Source: an uncultured Bacilli bacterium (GTDB lineage Bacteria > Bacillota_I > Bacilli_A > RF39 > UBA660). Taken from it: DNA of 58,158 nucleotides. The notes beneath the pieces were generated by a model, which was not told the origin of the DNA, did not search any database, and worked only from the letters and a program-made list of their open reading frames with translations. Every line of letters begins with the position of its first letter. The first letter of the stretch is position 1. The stretch covers positions 1 through 58,158 of the forward strand of contig CALVHX010000002.1 in NCBI GenBank assembly GCA_944329195.1, read 5' to 3'. Of this stretch, positions 35,944 to 46,005 are shown piece after piece. A program made the position numbers and the translations under genes.

Positions 35944-37641
35944 CTATTCGTAATTTTTAGCAAAAGCTGACTTTATCTGTTCATATTTGCTTAGACTTGA
36001 TGCAGAATTCCAAGTGATAAATCCTCCTTTTAACCCTGCATCGTATAGTGCTTCTACTTGATCAGAAATTTTAGTTGCATCGTAGATGATAGTGGGATTC
36101 CAATATGGTGTATCATAGGCCGTAATCCAAGTTCTTGCTACTGCTGGAGTCGGTATTTCAGTTTGTCTTTTGGCTGCCGCTAGCGCCCAATTATATACTG
36201 TCTGATATGGATTCGACCAAGTATCATTGCTTCTTCCAAAATGATCGGTATAAGGCATTGAACTTATAACATCTACTATGTTTGAGATAGCAGGCCAATA
36301 CTGACCATAAGCAGTTACATATTCGGAAGAACATTCACCAAATACATCTACTGATAAATATGCCCCTACTTTATGAATTTGATCGGCTGCATAGAATAAG
36401 AAATTTTGAACAGCTTCAGCTTTCTCTTCATTATAGGTATTTTTAAAGTCGGTATTGCCACTTATTGACATATTATATGCATCTTCTGGAAATCTTACAT
36501 AATCAAACTGTATCTCATTGAATCCCATAGTTAAAACCGCTTCCTTGGCAAGTTCGACATTATATTCCCAAGCACCTCTACTATATGCAGAGGGCCATAG
36601 TCTACTTGATGCCGTCGATGTTATACATTCTTCCGGATGATCTTTTCCATAGTGGACATCATTAAATACAACTATTCTTCCGATAGCATAAATACCCGCA
36701 TCTTTAATTTTTTGGATAGCCGCCTTATACACTTCATTGTCATTAATAGCGGTGTTATATGCTGTTGGAGACATTTCTTTTGCAACTTCTGATGAATATG
36801 CCAAAGCACCATCTTTGATATCTACCACAATTGCATTTACGCCATTTTCTTTGGCTATTTTCAAATAACTATCAATTGAAGATATTACTGATGCATTTAG
36901 ATACATTGATTTTGCTGATTTTAAAAGTGGATTATCTTCAAATTCAATTTTTTCGTATGGATAGTAATCTAAAGTAGAGGCACTTCCTCCATATAGCTCC
37001 CTTCCCTTGTATTTCCTATCTTTGTGGGTATCATAAACAGAATTTTCGTTATAATTAGCTTCTGCCTCTTCTTTTGTATTAACTAAATATTTCGAGTATA
37101 CGAATCCTTCTATATCATCTTTCTTAATCTTGTACATATTTACATTTCCATCGTCCAAAAGTTCATCATATCCTATTACTTCTATTTCGTTTCCCTTTTT
37201 TATAAAAGAAGCTATTTTGGAATTTTCTTCATTTTCATATACTGTTACAGAAGTTCTGACAAACCGTGTCTTTTCTAAAACAACGTCCTCTTTATCATTT
37301 ACTATATTACTATCCTTGATATAGTACTCCTCTTCATCATACTCAATTTTTACATATTTAATATCTTCTTTGGTCATGGTGTCACTATATTTATATACTT
37401 CTGTACCTCTTACAGCCTCTTTTTCTTCTTTTAGGCTATCATCATCTTGGTTATATTTGTATAGTGATATAGCATTAGTGTCCGCTGCTAAGTAGCCTAT
37501 TTCTTTTTTTGTAATTATACTGCTTCCTTTCTTAACTAAAAATATAATAGCTGCTATTATAATTAATAATATTGACACTGCTAGTAGTATTCTTCCGACC
37601 TTTAACTTCCTTTTCTTTCTTTTTTTATTCACAAATATCAC
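35944..37641 (-). CDS. Membrane-anchored putative glycoside hydrolase (DUF4015/PF13200-like TIM-barrel)
   Basis: N-terminal TM; NAIVVDIKDGALAYSS, GIYAIGRIVVFND, GFNEIQFDYVRFPE. Confidence 0.6.
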   Translation of the reverse strand: MIFVNKKRKKRKLKVGRILLAVSILLIIIAAIIFLVKKGSSIITKKEIGYLAADTNAISLYKYNQDDDSLKEEKEAVRGTEVYKYSDTMTKEDIKYVKIEYDEEEYYIKDSNIVNDKEDVVLEKTRFVRTSVTVYENEENSKIASFIKKGNEIEVIGYDELLDDGNVNMYKIKKDDIEGFVYSKYLVNTKEEAEANYNENSVYDTHKDRKYKGRELYGGSASTLDYYPYEKIEFEDNPLLKSAKSMYLNASVISSIDSYLKIAKENGVNAIVVDIKDGALAYSSEVAKEMSPTAYNTAINDNEVYKAAIQKIKDAGIYAIGRIVVFNDVHYGKDHPEECITSTASSRLWPSAYSRGAWEYNVELAKEAVLTMGFNEIQFDYVRFPEDAYNMSISGNTDFKNTYNEEKAEAVQNFLFYAADQIHKVGAYLSVDVFGECSSEYVTAYGQYWPAISNIVDVISSMPYTDHFGRSNDTWSNPYQTVYNWALAAAKRQTEIPTPAVARTWITAYDTPYWNPTIIYDATKISDQVEALYDAGLKGGFITWNSASSLSKYEQIKSAFAKNYE

Positions 37642-37763
37642 CTATTTATAGTATAACATATTTAGACAAATTTTTACTATATATTTTTGAATAAAATAGC
37701 AAAAATTCAGCCTAGATGAAAAATGAGATTTAACTCATTGCAAGGCTGAACTATTTATTAATT

Positions 37764-38267
37764 TTAACTAAACAAGAATAAGAACATATAAATTGCTGTC
37801 TTACCAACTCTAAAACAAATTTCATTGGTATATCCTACCGATTTTTCATAAAGACATGACATTTTATCTACAGTGCTCACGATAAAACTTTCAGCGTATC
37901 TTGGTTTACATTTTATGTTTAATGGATACATATGGCTCTCAATAATATTGGCTTCTATTTTGTTAATTTTAAAATGTTTTTTTGCATTTTTTAGAGCTAT
38001 TTTTGGATGGTCTTTCATAAGAGTTCTTGCTTTATTTTCCTTGTATTTATTAAAAAAGAAGTCGTGAAGTAATCCGCCTCTAGCAGCGGATACATAATCT
38101 AACTTTAATAACTTACATATTTTATATGAATACAGTGAAACTCTTTTTGAATGTTCCAATCTGCTTGTCTTATGATGAGTATAGTTTTCTAACTTTTTAA
38201 ACTCTTTGTTTCTTAAAATATCTGATACTATATTGTTATACTCATAGTCACTAATTTCAAGTTTCAT
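37764..38267 (-). CDS. HD-domain phosphohydrolase
   Basis: RLEHSKRVS ... GGLLHDFF HD motif; start after GAGGTG. Confidence 0.75.
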   Translation of the reverse strand: MKLEISDYEYNNIVSDILRNKEFKKLENYTHHKTSRLEHSKRVSLYSYKICKLLKLDYVSAARGGLLHDFFFNKYKENKARTLMKDHPKIALKNAKKHFKINKIEANIIESHMYPLNIKCKPRYAESFIVSTVDKMSCLYEKSVGYTNEICFRVGKTAIYMFLFLFS

Positions 38268-38327
38268 TTTACACCTCAATTTATTCTATTAATAATTTTA
38301 TTTTATAATTATTTAAATATACTATAT

Positions 38328-38747
38328 TTATTTATCTAACATATTTAACAAATTTATTTTAAATACATCACGTTCAGTATGACTTTTAGAGACCATTACA
38401 CCTTTATATGTAGCTAGCTCTTTTTGATGTCCTTCAGTTAAAATTTCTTCTGGCGTTAGTGTATCTAACATAACTAATTTTTGATTTAAGTATACTGTGT
38501 AGTGCAAAACTATATCACCATGGACTTTAGAGAACATTCTATCTGTCGGTAACTTTACGGTATATTTGATAATTCCCTCTTTTGTATTTTTTTGGGTTAT
38601 CACACCTTTAAAATTACCATCTCGAAATGATGGATAAAAGTCAAATACAAGTTTTTTATATGCTAACATGTTATACTTTTTTACAGCTCTTTCTTTTTTT
38701 CTAAATTCATTTTCATTTAGATAATCTATGACAAAACTATTCTTCAT
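38328..38747 (-). CDS. Hypothetical 139-aa protein
   Basis: ORF with strong SD AAGGGGGA and a consensus promoter; no recognised family. Confidence 0.55.
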   Translation of the reverse strand: MKNSFVIDYLNENEFRKKERAVKKYNMLAYKKLVFDFYPSFRDGNFKGVITQKNTKEGIIKYTVKLPTDRMFSKVHGDIVLHYTVYLNQKLVMLDTLTPEEILTEGHQKELATYKGVMVSKSHTERDVFKINLLNMLDK

Positions 38748-38780
38748 TCCAATCCCCCTTATTAACCGAAATGTATCAAA

Positions 38781-38809
38781 ATTATAGCATAGGCTTGAGG
38801 TTTTGTCAA
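38781..38809 (-). promoter_or_regulatory. Near-perfect sigma-A promoter (TTGACA-17-TGcTATAAT) for the 139-aa gene
   Basis: Plus-strand tgtcaa 38804..38809 and attata 38781..38786. A locally GC-rich tandem GCGTGA x2 (38813..38826) lies just upstream of the -35. Confidence 0.65.
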
Positions 38810-38919
38810 GAAGCGTGAGAGCGTGAAAAGGCTTGGCGCTAATTTAAAGTTACTAGAATATTGTAACGTTCAATAGAAGAATATCGGCTTTAAAATAAAC
38901 CGATAGAATTTATTAAATT

Positions 38920-39509
38920 TTAATCAGAATAATCTATATCGCATATCATAATAAATGCTATCATCAATATGACTTTTAAATATAAAATAGAATATATACT
39001 GTCAAACGGTAATACTATCATACACGATGAGAAAATACAAAACCATATAATGAGATTATTATTATTCACTTTTTTCAACATATTATATATTCCTATTATG
39101 ATGAATAATATAATATATATGCCCCCATATAATCCAGTATCTAATAATAATTGAAATAAATAACTATGTGGATCGCTTTCTAAATATGAAACATTCATTT
39201 TTTTAACATAATAATCGAAACTATAAACACCATGCCCAATAATAAACCCATTATTTTTTAATATTTTTATACTATCTTTATAGTAATTTATTCTGGATTC
39301 AACACTTTCTTTATCATATTTTAATAAATCTAATTGATGAATATATTGATAATGAAATCATGAGTTTTTAAATCCTCAATATAATAAATTTCAGAGGTAC
39401 TATAAGTTAATTTTAGTTTAAGAGCAAATGTAATTGTCGACACAATAAGAATTATTAATAACGTATTTAGTATAGTAATAATACTATTATTTTTATTTGT
39501 TTTCTTCAT
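38920..39509 (-). pseudogene. Remnant of an O-antigen ligase/polymerase (Wzy_C-type) membrane protein gene
   Basis: A 59-aa ORF (39330..39509; SD, 1 TM) overlaps, in another frame, an open frame 38920..39357. That frame encodes ...SRINYYKDSIKILKNNGFIIGHGVYSF...DPHSYLFQLLLDTGLYGG plus 2 TM, and most of the family's TM core is missing. Confidence 0.5.
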
Positions 39510-39647
39510 ATTTTATCACCTTTTTAGAAATATTTATTCTTATTTTTTAAATTAAACTTTACTACGGCTACCTTTTTAATTACATATTAATTTTATCATT
39601 CGTTTTGTTTCTTTGTCAATTTAAATTTTAGTTTATGCCACAAAAAT

Positions 39648-40544
39648 TTAAATCATATGATCTCCTTTAAAACTTGGTATAAAACTAGTGTCTTGACTTT
39701 CTTCATCTTGAATAAAACATTTTCTTATGCCTAAATTATAAGTGTAATTGACTAAATCATCGTATTCAAATTTAGATACCTTTCTATTTAAATTTGAATA
39801 CTCTACTTTTCGAACTGGTGTATATTGGTTCATTAAACTAATTATGATATTGTCATCATATTTGTCATGCAAATATTTTATAATTTTTTTTGAATCATCT
39901 GTATGGCCCGGTAAAACTAAGTGCCTCACAATTACTCCTTTTTTTATAGTGCCGTCTTTACTATACTGTGGTCTACCTACCTGATGATACATTTCTTCTA
40001 TAGCTAGTTTGGAATATAAAAAATAATTCTTTACATGTGAATACTTGTTTAAGTTATTATCATAATACTTTAAATCTGGCAAATAAATATCTATTAAGCC
40101 CTCTAATGACTTAAGAGCGGGAATATTTTCATAAGCTGATGTATTGTACACTATGGGTATATTTAGGCCTTTATTTTTGGCTAATATTAATCCTTTTCTA
40201 ATTAAAGGAATATAATGTGTCGGCGTTACAAGATTGATGTTAGAGGCCCCTTCTTTCTGAAGAAAAAGACAAATTTCAGTAAATCTCTCAATTGTAATTT
40301 CTTCGCCTTCATTCTTTGTACTTATATTATAGTTTTGACAATAAATACACTTCATATTACAGTGTGAGAAGAATATAGTACCAGAACCTTTTTTTCCAGT
40401 TATAATTGGCTCTTCCCATAAATGTAGCCTATAGCCTCCTATTGTCATTTTTATACCGGCCTTACAATAACCTAATTGTCCCTTATTTCTATTTACCTTA
40501 CATTTTCTAGGACATAATATACAACTATCAAATTCTTTTTCCAT
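39648..40544 (-). CDS. Radical SAM enzyme, PflX (COG1313) pyruvate-formate-lyase-activase-like family
   Basis: N-terminal Cys cluster CILCPRKCKVNR...GYC plus CNMKCIYCQNY CX3CX2C motif. Confidence 0.75.
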   Translation of the reverse strand: MEKEFDSCILCPRKCKVNRNKGQLGYCKAGIKMTIGGYRLHLWEEPIITGKKGSGTIFFSHCNMKCIYCQNYNISTKNEGEEITIERFTEICLFLQKEGASNINLVTPTHYIPLIRKGLILAKNKGLNIPIVYNTSAYENIPALKSLEGLIDIYLPDLKYYDNNLNKYSHVKNYFLYSKLAIEEMYHQVGRPQYSKDGTIKKGVIVRHLVLPGHTDDSKKIIKYLHDKYDDNIIISLMNQYTPVRKVEYSNLNRKVSKFEYDDLVNYTYNLGIRKCFIQDEESQDTSFIPSFKGDHMI

Positions 40545-40589
40545 CTATATCACTACTATAGTCTACAACAAAAAAAGAACTTTTTCAAG

Positions 40590-41531
40590 TTACTTATTTG
40601 TCAAAATAATGCATACAACAATTCCTATCAATAATAATATTGTAGCAAAATTAATAAATCCTTTATCATCTTTTTTCTTTGGAATTTCTAGTTTTATTCT
40701 TGGCATAGTACTGGTAAGTTCGAGGTTATCTCCTACTAATTTTTCTTCTTTAACAAGCGGTAATGGTATTTTTTTTATCTTCTCGGCACTGATACCATTG
40801 CATTCTTTAGCTTTTTCTATGTCTTGTTTATCTTTATCTCTGCCTGTTAATATTTTGTCCGCTATGACAAATTCTAGTGATAATGTCATGTATTTTTTAT
40901 TATCCGATGATACATATGGAACAATATAGTCAGATATTTTGGCGGCTATGTTTTTTATTCTTCCTATTCTTTTTTTACAGTCAAAGCTATATTCTGTTAT
41001 GCCCCCTTCTGTCTCTTCAAAAACAGAAATATTTACTTTCACCTTATCGATAACAACTTCAAATCCATAATCTATATTACTTACTGTATATGTTAGGCTA
41101 TCTTTTTTGGGGTCATATAATTTTTTTTTGCGAAATATTTCTCTTATCATATTTACATCTTTTTTACTACACAATAAGTCGAGATTACTATGGCGACGAT
41201 TCGAATCTTCATTTAAAAGAATGTACGGTACTATTCCTCCTTTTAAATACAATTTTGCAGTTGTTTTATTCATCTTTTCTATTTTTTTATAGACACTTAC
41301 TATTTCTTCATAAGTATTTCCCTTCTTTTCTAAACTTTTTTGGTATTCATTGACACTATTGTTAAAAATACTATCAATTTTCGTTTTTATAGCGTTTAAG
41401 TCTTCATTCCTATTTAGGAAAATTGTTAATAATTTATCTATATTTTCTTTAGGGACATACATTGACATTTCTTCTAATTCTTTGACTTTACTTTCTATAT
41501 ATGAAATTATTAATTTGTTTTTTTCTTCCAT
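40590..41531 (-). CDS. Tail-anchored protein with nucleotidyltransferase-like core, function unknown
   Basis: LKGGIVPYILL...RRHSNLDL resembles the GG...RxHsDlDl signature of ANT(2'')/Lnu-type NTases, with the first Asp replaced by Asn. C-terminal TM FINFATILLLIGIVVCIIL. Start after AGGTGG. Confidence 0.4.
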   Translation of the reverse strand: MEEKNKLIISYIESKVKELEEMSMYVPKENIDKLLTIFLNRNEDLNAIKTKIDSIFNNSVNEYQKSLEKKGNTYEEIVSVYKKIEKMNKTTAKLYLKGGIVPYILLNEDSNRRHSNLDLLCSKKDVNMIREIFRKKKLYDPKKDSLTYTVSNIDYGFEVVIDKVKVNISVFEETEGGITEYSFDCKKRIGRIKNIAAKISDYIVPYVSSDNKKYMTLSLEFVIADKILTGRDKDKQDIEKAKECNGISAEKIKKIPLPLVKEEKLVGDNLELTSTMPRIKLEIPKKKDDKGFINFATILLLIGIVVCIILTNK

Positions 41532-41691
41532 TTTTACCACCTACTATTATTTTACGATTTAATTATAGCATAGAAAAAGTAAGCATGTAAAGAAAAAAGA
41601 GAATATTTCTCTTTAAAATATAACTTCACATCTTATATAAATGGATTAGATAAAATGTTTTTATTCTCTATTTCGAAGTTTTATAATGTTT

Positions 41692-43068
41692 TTAAAATTT
41701 TATCTTCTCTTCTATGTATTTACTAATTTCTTCTACTTTAATAGTTTCTTGTTCCATCGTATCTCTATTTCTTATTGTCACTGTATTATTATTTATAGTA
41801 TCATCATCAACAGTTATACAATATGGAGTCCCCATTACATCTTCTCTTCTGTATCTTTTACCAATCGAACCAGATTCGTCATAAGTTACCATAAAGCTTT
41901 TAGAAAGTTCTTTGTATATTTCTATTGCTTTCTTACCATGATATTTTTTTACAAGAGGAAGGACGCAAGCTTTATATGGCGCTAAATAAGGATGGAATTT
42001 CATTACTTCTCTGGTACTTCCGTCTTCTAATTGCTCTTCGTGATAAGCATTGCAAAGTACTGTTAGTACTGTTCTTTCAACTCCTACGGAAGGTTCTATT
42101 ACATAGGGAATATATTTTTCATTTGTTTCTGGATCAAGGTAAGACATGGATTGTCCAGAAATATTTTGATGACAAGTTAAATCGTAATCAGTTCTGGATG
42201 CTATCCCCCATAATTCTCCCCAGCCAAAAGGAAATTTATATTCGATATCTGTCGTAGCATTACTGTAAAAAGATAACTCTTCTTTTGAATGATCTCGCAT
42301 TCTTAGTTTTTCTTTATTTATTCCTAACGAAAGTAAATAATTATAACAGTATTCCTTGTAGTATTTATGCCACTCTAGTTCTGTTCCTGGTTTACAGAAA
42401 AACTCTAATTCCATTTGTTCAAATTCTCTTACTCTAAATATAAAGTTACCTGGAGTTATCTCGTTTCTAAATGATTTTCCAACTTGACCTATGCCAAAAG
42501 GAACTTTAAGTCTCATGCTTCTTTGAACATTTAAAAAGTTTACGAATATTCCTTGAGCAGTTTCCGGCCTTAAGTAAATGGTAGATTTTGCATCTTCTGT
42601 TACCCCTTGAAATGTTTTAAACATTAAATTGAAGTCCCTAATGTCAGTGAAATTACTTTTTCCGCATTTTGGACAAGGTACTTTGTTCTCTTTAATGTAT
42701 CCTATCATTTCATCTTTGGTCATGGAGTCTCCCATCAAGGAATTAGAATAGCCATTGATTAGATTATCTGCTCTATGGCGTGTTTTACATTCACGACAGT
42801 CAATTAGTGGGTCTGAAAATGTCTTTAAGTGTCCTGAAGCTTCCCAAGTCTTTGGATTCATAAGAATTGCAGAATCAAGACCAACATTATTTGTATCTTC
42901 TTGAATAAATTTTTTTAACCATGCTTTTTTTACATTATCTTTAAGGAGTACTCCAACTGGCCCAAAATCCCATGTGTTTGCAAGTCCACCATATATTTCA
43001 CTTCCTTGAAATATAAATCCGTACTGTTTACATAAATTCACTATTTTTTCCATTGTAATTTCGCTCAT
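41692..43068 (-). CDS. glyQS: Glycine--tRNA ligase (alpha2 type)
   Basis: [45 protein letters not shown], class II motifs, C-terminal anticodon-binding domain. Confidence 0.95.
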   Translation of the reverse strand: MSEITMEKIVNLCKQYGFIFQGSEIYGGLANTWDFGPVGVLLKDNVKKAWLKKFIQEDTNNVGLDSAILMNPKTWEASGHLKTFSDPLIDCRECKTRHRADNLINGYSNSLMGDSMTKDEMIGYIKENKVPCPKCGKSNFTDIRDFNLMFKTFQGVTEDAKSTIYLRPETAQGIFVNFLNVQRSMRLKVPFGIGQVGKSFRNEITPGNFIFRVREFEQMELEFFCKPGTELEWHKYYKEYCYNYLLSLGINKEKLRMRDHSKEELSFYSNATTDIEYKFPFGWGELWGIASRTDYDLTCHQNISGQSMSYLDPETNEKYIPYVIEPSVGVERTVLTVLCNAYHEEQLEDGSTREVMKFHPYLAPYKACVLPLVKKYHGKKAIEIYKELSKSFMVTYDESGSIGKRYRREDVMGTPYCITVDDDTINNNTVTIRNRDTMEQETIKVEEISKYIEEKIKF

Positions 43069-43123
43069 TTTATACCTTCTTTCATGGTTTATATAATACT
43101 ATAATTCTGTCTTTTTGTAAATA

Positions 43124-44392
43124 TTACTTGATTGTCTCATAGATTAGATTATAACTGGTATTTTGATAGTCTTCAACTTTAAATAATGCGCCGCTATCTA
43201 TTTTAGGTAGCTCTTTATTTGTATATAGTGTAAGTACTGTATCGCCTACATTTACCTTTTCGTTTAGACCTTTATTTATTATGATACCTGCCGAAGGATC
43301 TATCTTATCTTCTTTAGTTTTTCTTCCCGCTCCCAAATGCATTGATAGTTTGGCAAGTTCTAACGATGATAGATTTACTATATAACCTTCTTTATCACTT
43401 GTTATTTGATATAAACTGCGACTTTTTGGCAATTTTGTTATATCACCATTCTGATAATTTATAAATTCTAATAATTTATTGTATGCCCTTTTGGTATTTA
43501 ATGCTTCCAAAACTTTAGATCTTGCCTCTTCATAACTTATATTTAGCCCTAGTGATACCATATGGGTAGAAAGTTCAATGCATAGTTTTGTCAAATTATT
43601 TTCAGGCAAGTAATACAAAGTATTTATAGATTCTAGTACTTCTAATGAGTTACCAATATTACTGCCTAACGGAACATCCATGTTTGTTAATAGACAGATT
43701 ACTTTCATGTTATTTTCTTTTCCTATTTTTATCATTAGGTTAGCTAGTCTTCTAGCATCATCAATATTTTTTACTAGTGCGCCTTCTCCTACCTTTATAT
43801 CCAATACTAAATTTTTAGAACCTAACGCTATTTTTTTACTCATTATAGATGATGCTATTAACGGAATCGATTCGGTAGTTCCAGTTACATCTCTTAATGC
43901 ATATATTTTTTTATCCGCTAATGCTACACTTTCAGTTTGACTAGTGATAGCCATTCCTATATTTTTAATTTCTTCAATAAATTCTTCTTTAGTTAAGTCT
44001 ACTCTAAATCCTGGTATTGATTCTAATTTGTCTATTGTACCGCCGGTATATCCTAGGCCTCTTCCAGACATTTTGGCTACTTTGCAGCCACAAGAAGCAA
44101 CAATCGGAGATATAATTAGCGTTGTCTTATCCCCTACTCCTCCAGTTGAATGCTTATCGACAACATTATCAAGTTCTTTTAAATCTAAAATGGTACCTGA
44201 TAGTACCATGTATTTTGTTAGATATATTACTTCTTCATCAGTCATGTCATTTAACACTATGGCCATTAGTAGCGCAGACATCTGATAATCTTTAATATTT
44301 CCTCGGTCAAATTCTTCGATAACATATTTTATTTCTTCTTCTGTCAAAGGATACTTATTCTTCTTCTTTGTTATGATATCTATAATATTCAT
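43124..44392 (-). CDS. pdp: Pyrimidine-nucleoside phosphorylase
   Basis: DKHSTGGVGDKTTL, KMSGRGLGYTGGTIDKLESIPGF. Confidence 0.9.
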   Translation of the reverse strand: MNIIDIITKKKNKYPLTEEEIKYVIEEFDRGNIKDYQMSALLMAIVLNDMTDEEVIYLTKYMVLSGTILDLKELDNVVDKHSTGGVGDKTTLIISPIVASCGCKVAKMSGRGLGYTGGTIDKLESIPGFRVDLTKEEFIEEIKNIGMAITSQTESVALADKKIYALRDVTGTTESIPLIASSIMSKKIALGSKNLVLDIKVGEGALVKNIDDARRLANLMIKIGKENNMKVICLLTNMDVPLGSNIGNSLEVLESINTLYYLPENNLTKLCIELSTHMVSLGLNISYEEARSKVLEALNTKRAYNKLLEFINYQNGDITKLPKSRSLYQITSDKEGYIVNLSSLELAKLSMHLGAGRKTKEDKIDPSAGIIINKGLNEKVNVGDTVLTLYTNKELPKIDSGALFKVEDYQNTSYNLIYETIK

Positions 44393-44525
44393 ACGCTTCC
44401 TCCATTATCTACATATATTCTATCATAATTGAAAATAAAATACAATATGTCCACTGGAGGATATGAGATAAAACATTAAAAATACTTATGCTATTTTTCT
44501 AATTTTTATGAAGATGTGTTCTATA

Positions 44526-45911
44526 TTAATTTTCTTGTCTTTTATTTTTTTGAAGTATTTTCTTTCTATCTTTACCACGAAGAGCGACAACTTCCTCTAA
44601 TAGTTTGGAACTTATCAAATTTTTTTGATACATTGGTTCTTCTAAAATACACTCTAAAATACTATCATCCCCGCTAATACAATAATCGGTCATGATAAAT
44701 ATCTTTTTTAATAAGTTATTTAATCTATTTACAATTCCAACTTTTCCTTCATAATCATCTCTATACTGCACATCTTTATAATTTAAAACATCTTTTATTA
44801 GTATATATGTAAATGGATCAGCAAATCGGTCACCCAACTCAAACGTGTAACTTTTTTGCTCTCTAAATAAGTTTGCACCGCATAAACTATCCAACACATA
44901 CATAAGACGATATTTGATATCTGATAAACACTCTATAAATTCTTCATCCTCACTGCCCGATGCTTTTATTTTTTTAATTTCCTCATTAAGAAAGAATAAA
45001 AATGCCATATAAAAATTTTTATCTTCTTTCACTTTCTCTTTCAGTAATATTTTCTTTATCTTATGTATCGCTACAGAGTGAAACATCTCCTCATCTAAAA
45101 AGATAGCTTGTAGAAAAATATTTGTTGGTAAAGCTTCGTAATTTATAGCATCCATAGTTATACTATGTAAAGGATAACTATCACAATCTTCACCTTGTTC
45201 ACCATAATAGTACTCAATAATTTTTACTAAGTCACTACATTCTTGCCTACTCAATTTAATAGAACAACCTTTGTAAATAAGCATATTATAATGTCTTTGT
45301 AAACTTATTAATTTTTTTATAGTACTATCGTCTTCACCCGATAAGTAGCAGGCTAATAGTGATGATGTAGAGCCTTCACTATCTAAATATAATTCTTGGA
45401 TACTATTTTCATTTCTAATCAATTCATCTGCAATGTCATCTCTTAAGTTTACGCCTATTGTTTCTAATAATTCTATGTCCGATGAAAGCAAATCATAATA
45501 GTCTTTATTGATTTTTTCTGATATTTTCTCATGAACATCTTCTAATTCGTCAGTTGATACTCCATCTTTAAGCTTTAGTGAATCATTGGTATCAATATTA
45601 AAATAATTAGAGTTATACTCAGCAGTATCTTTAATTTTATTTCGAATAAATAGTTCAGTTATATTTTCTTCTCCAACTGTTTCAGACCATGCATCGGATA
45701 GAGAAATACTTTCGTCATCGCAAAACTCTTCATCTTCATATTCATCATCAAAATCATCTTCATATTCATCATCAGTGACATCTTCATAGTTTTTCATTAC
45801 AAATTTAATATATTCTATTATTTTGGAAACTTCAATGGTTGTCGGCAATCCTCTTAAACGTAGTTCTAGCATTATATGATACATACAAAATTCTAATAAA
45901 TCATCATTCAT
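44526..45911 (-). CDS. Hypothetical acidic cytoplasmic protein (461 aa)
   Basis: Long ORF with SD GAGGGGAG and a TGaTATAAT promoter; DDEYEDDFDDEYEDEE acidic repeat; no recognised family. Confidence 0.5.
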   Translation of the reverse strand: MNDDLLEFCMYHIMLELRLRGLPTTIEVSKIIEYIKFVMKNYEDVTDDEYEDDFDDEYEDEEFCDDESISLSDAWSETVGEENITELFIRNKIKDTAEYNSNYFNIDTNDSLKLKDGVSTDELEDVHEKISEKINKDYYDLLSSDIELLETIGVNLRDDIADELIRNENSIQELYLDSEGSTSSLLACYLSGEDDSTIKKLISLQRHYNMLIYKGCSIKLSRQECSDLVKIIEYYYGEQGEDCDSYPLHSITMDAINYEALPTNIFLQAIFLDEEMFHSVAIHKIKKILLKEKVKEDKNFYMAFLFFLNEEIKKIKASGSEDEEFIECLSDIKYRLMYVLDSLCGANLFREQKSYTFELGDRFADPFTYILIKDVLNYKDVQYRDDYEGKVGIVNRLNNLLKKIFIMTDYCISGDDSILECILEEPMYQKNLISSKLLEEVVALRGKDRKKILQKNKRQEN

Positions 45912-46005
45912 TCAAAACACTCCCCTCACAACTTGATGTATATTATTATATCATATTTTTTTAAATTAATAAAAAAAACTAATAGTTTAGTGAAAAAACT
46001 AATAG

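Noticed and set aside
38790-38830. Locally GC-rich patch, considered as a fragment of a structured RNA gene or foreign DNA
   Set aside because: On the minus strand it resolves into a consensus -35/-10 promoter with upstream repeats for the 139-aa gene. No tRNA- or rRNA-like fold could be drawn.
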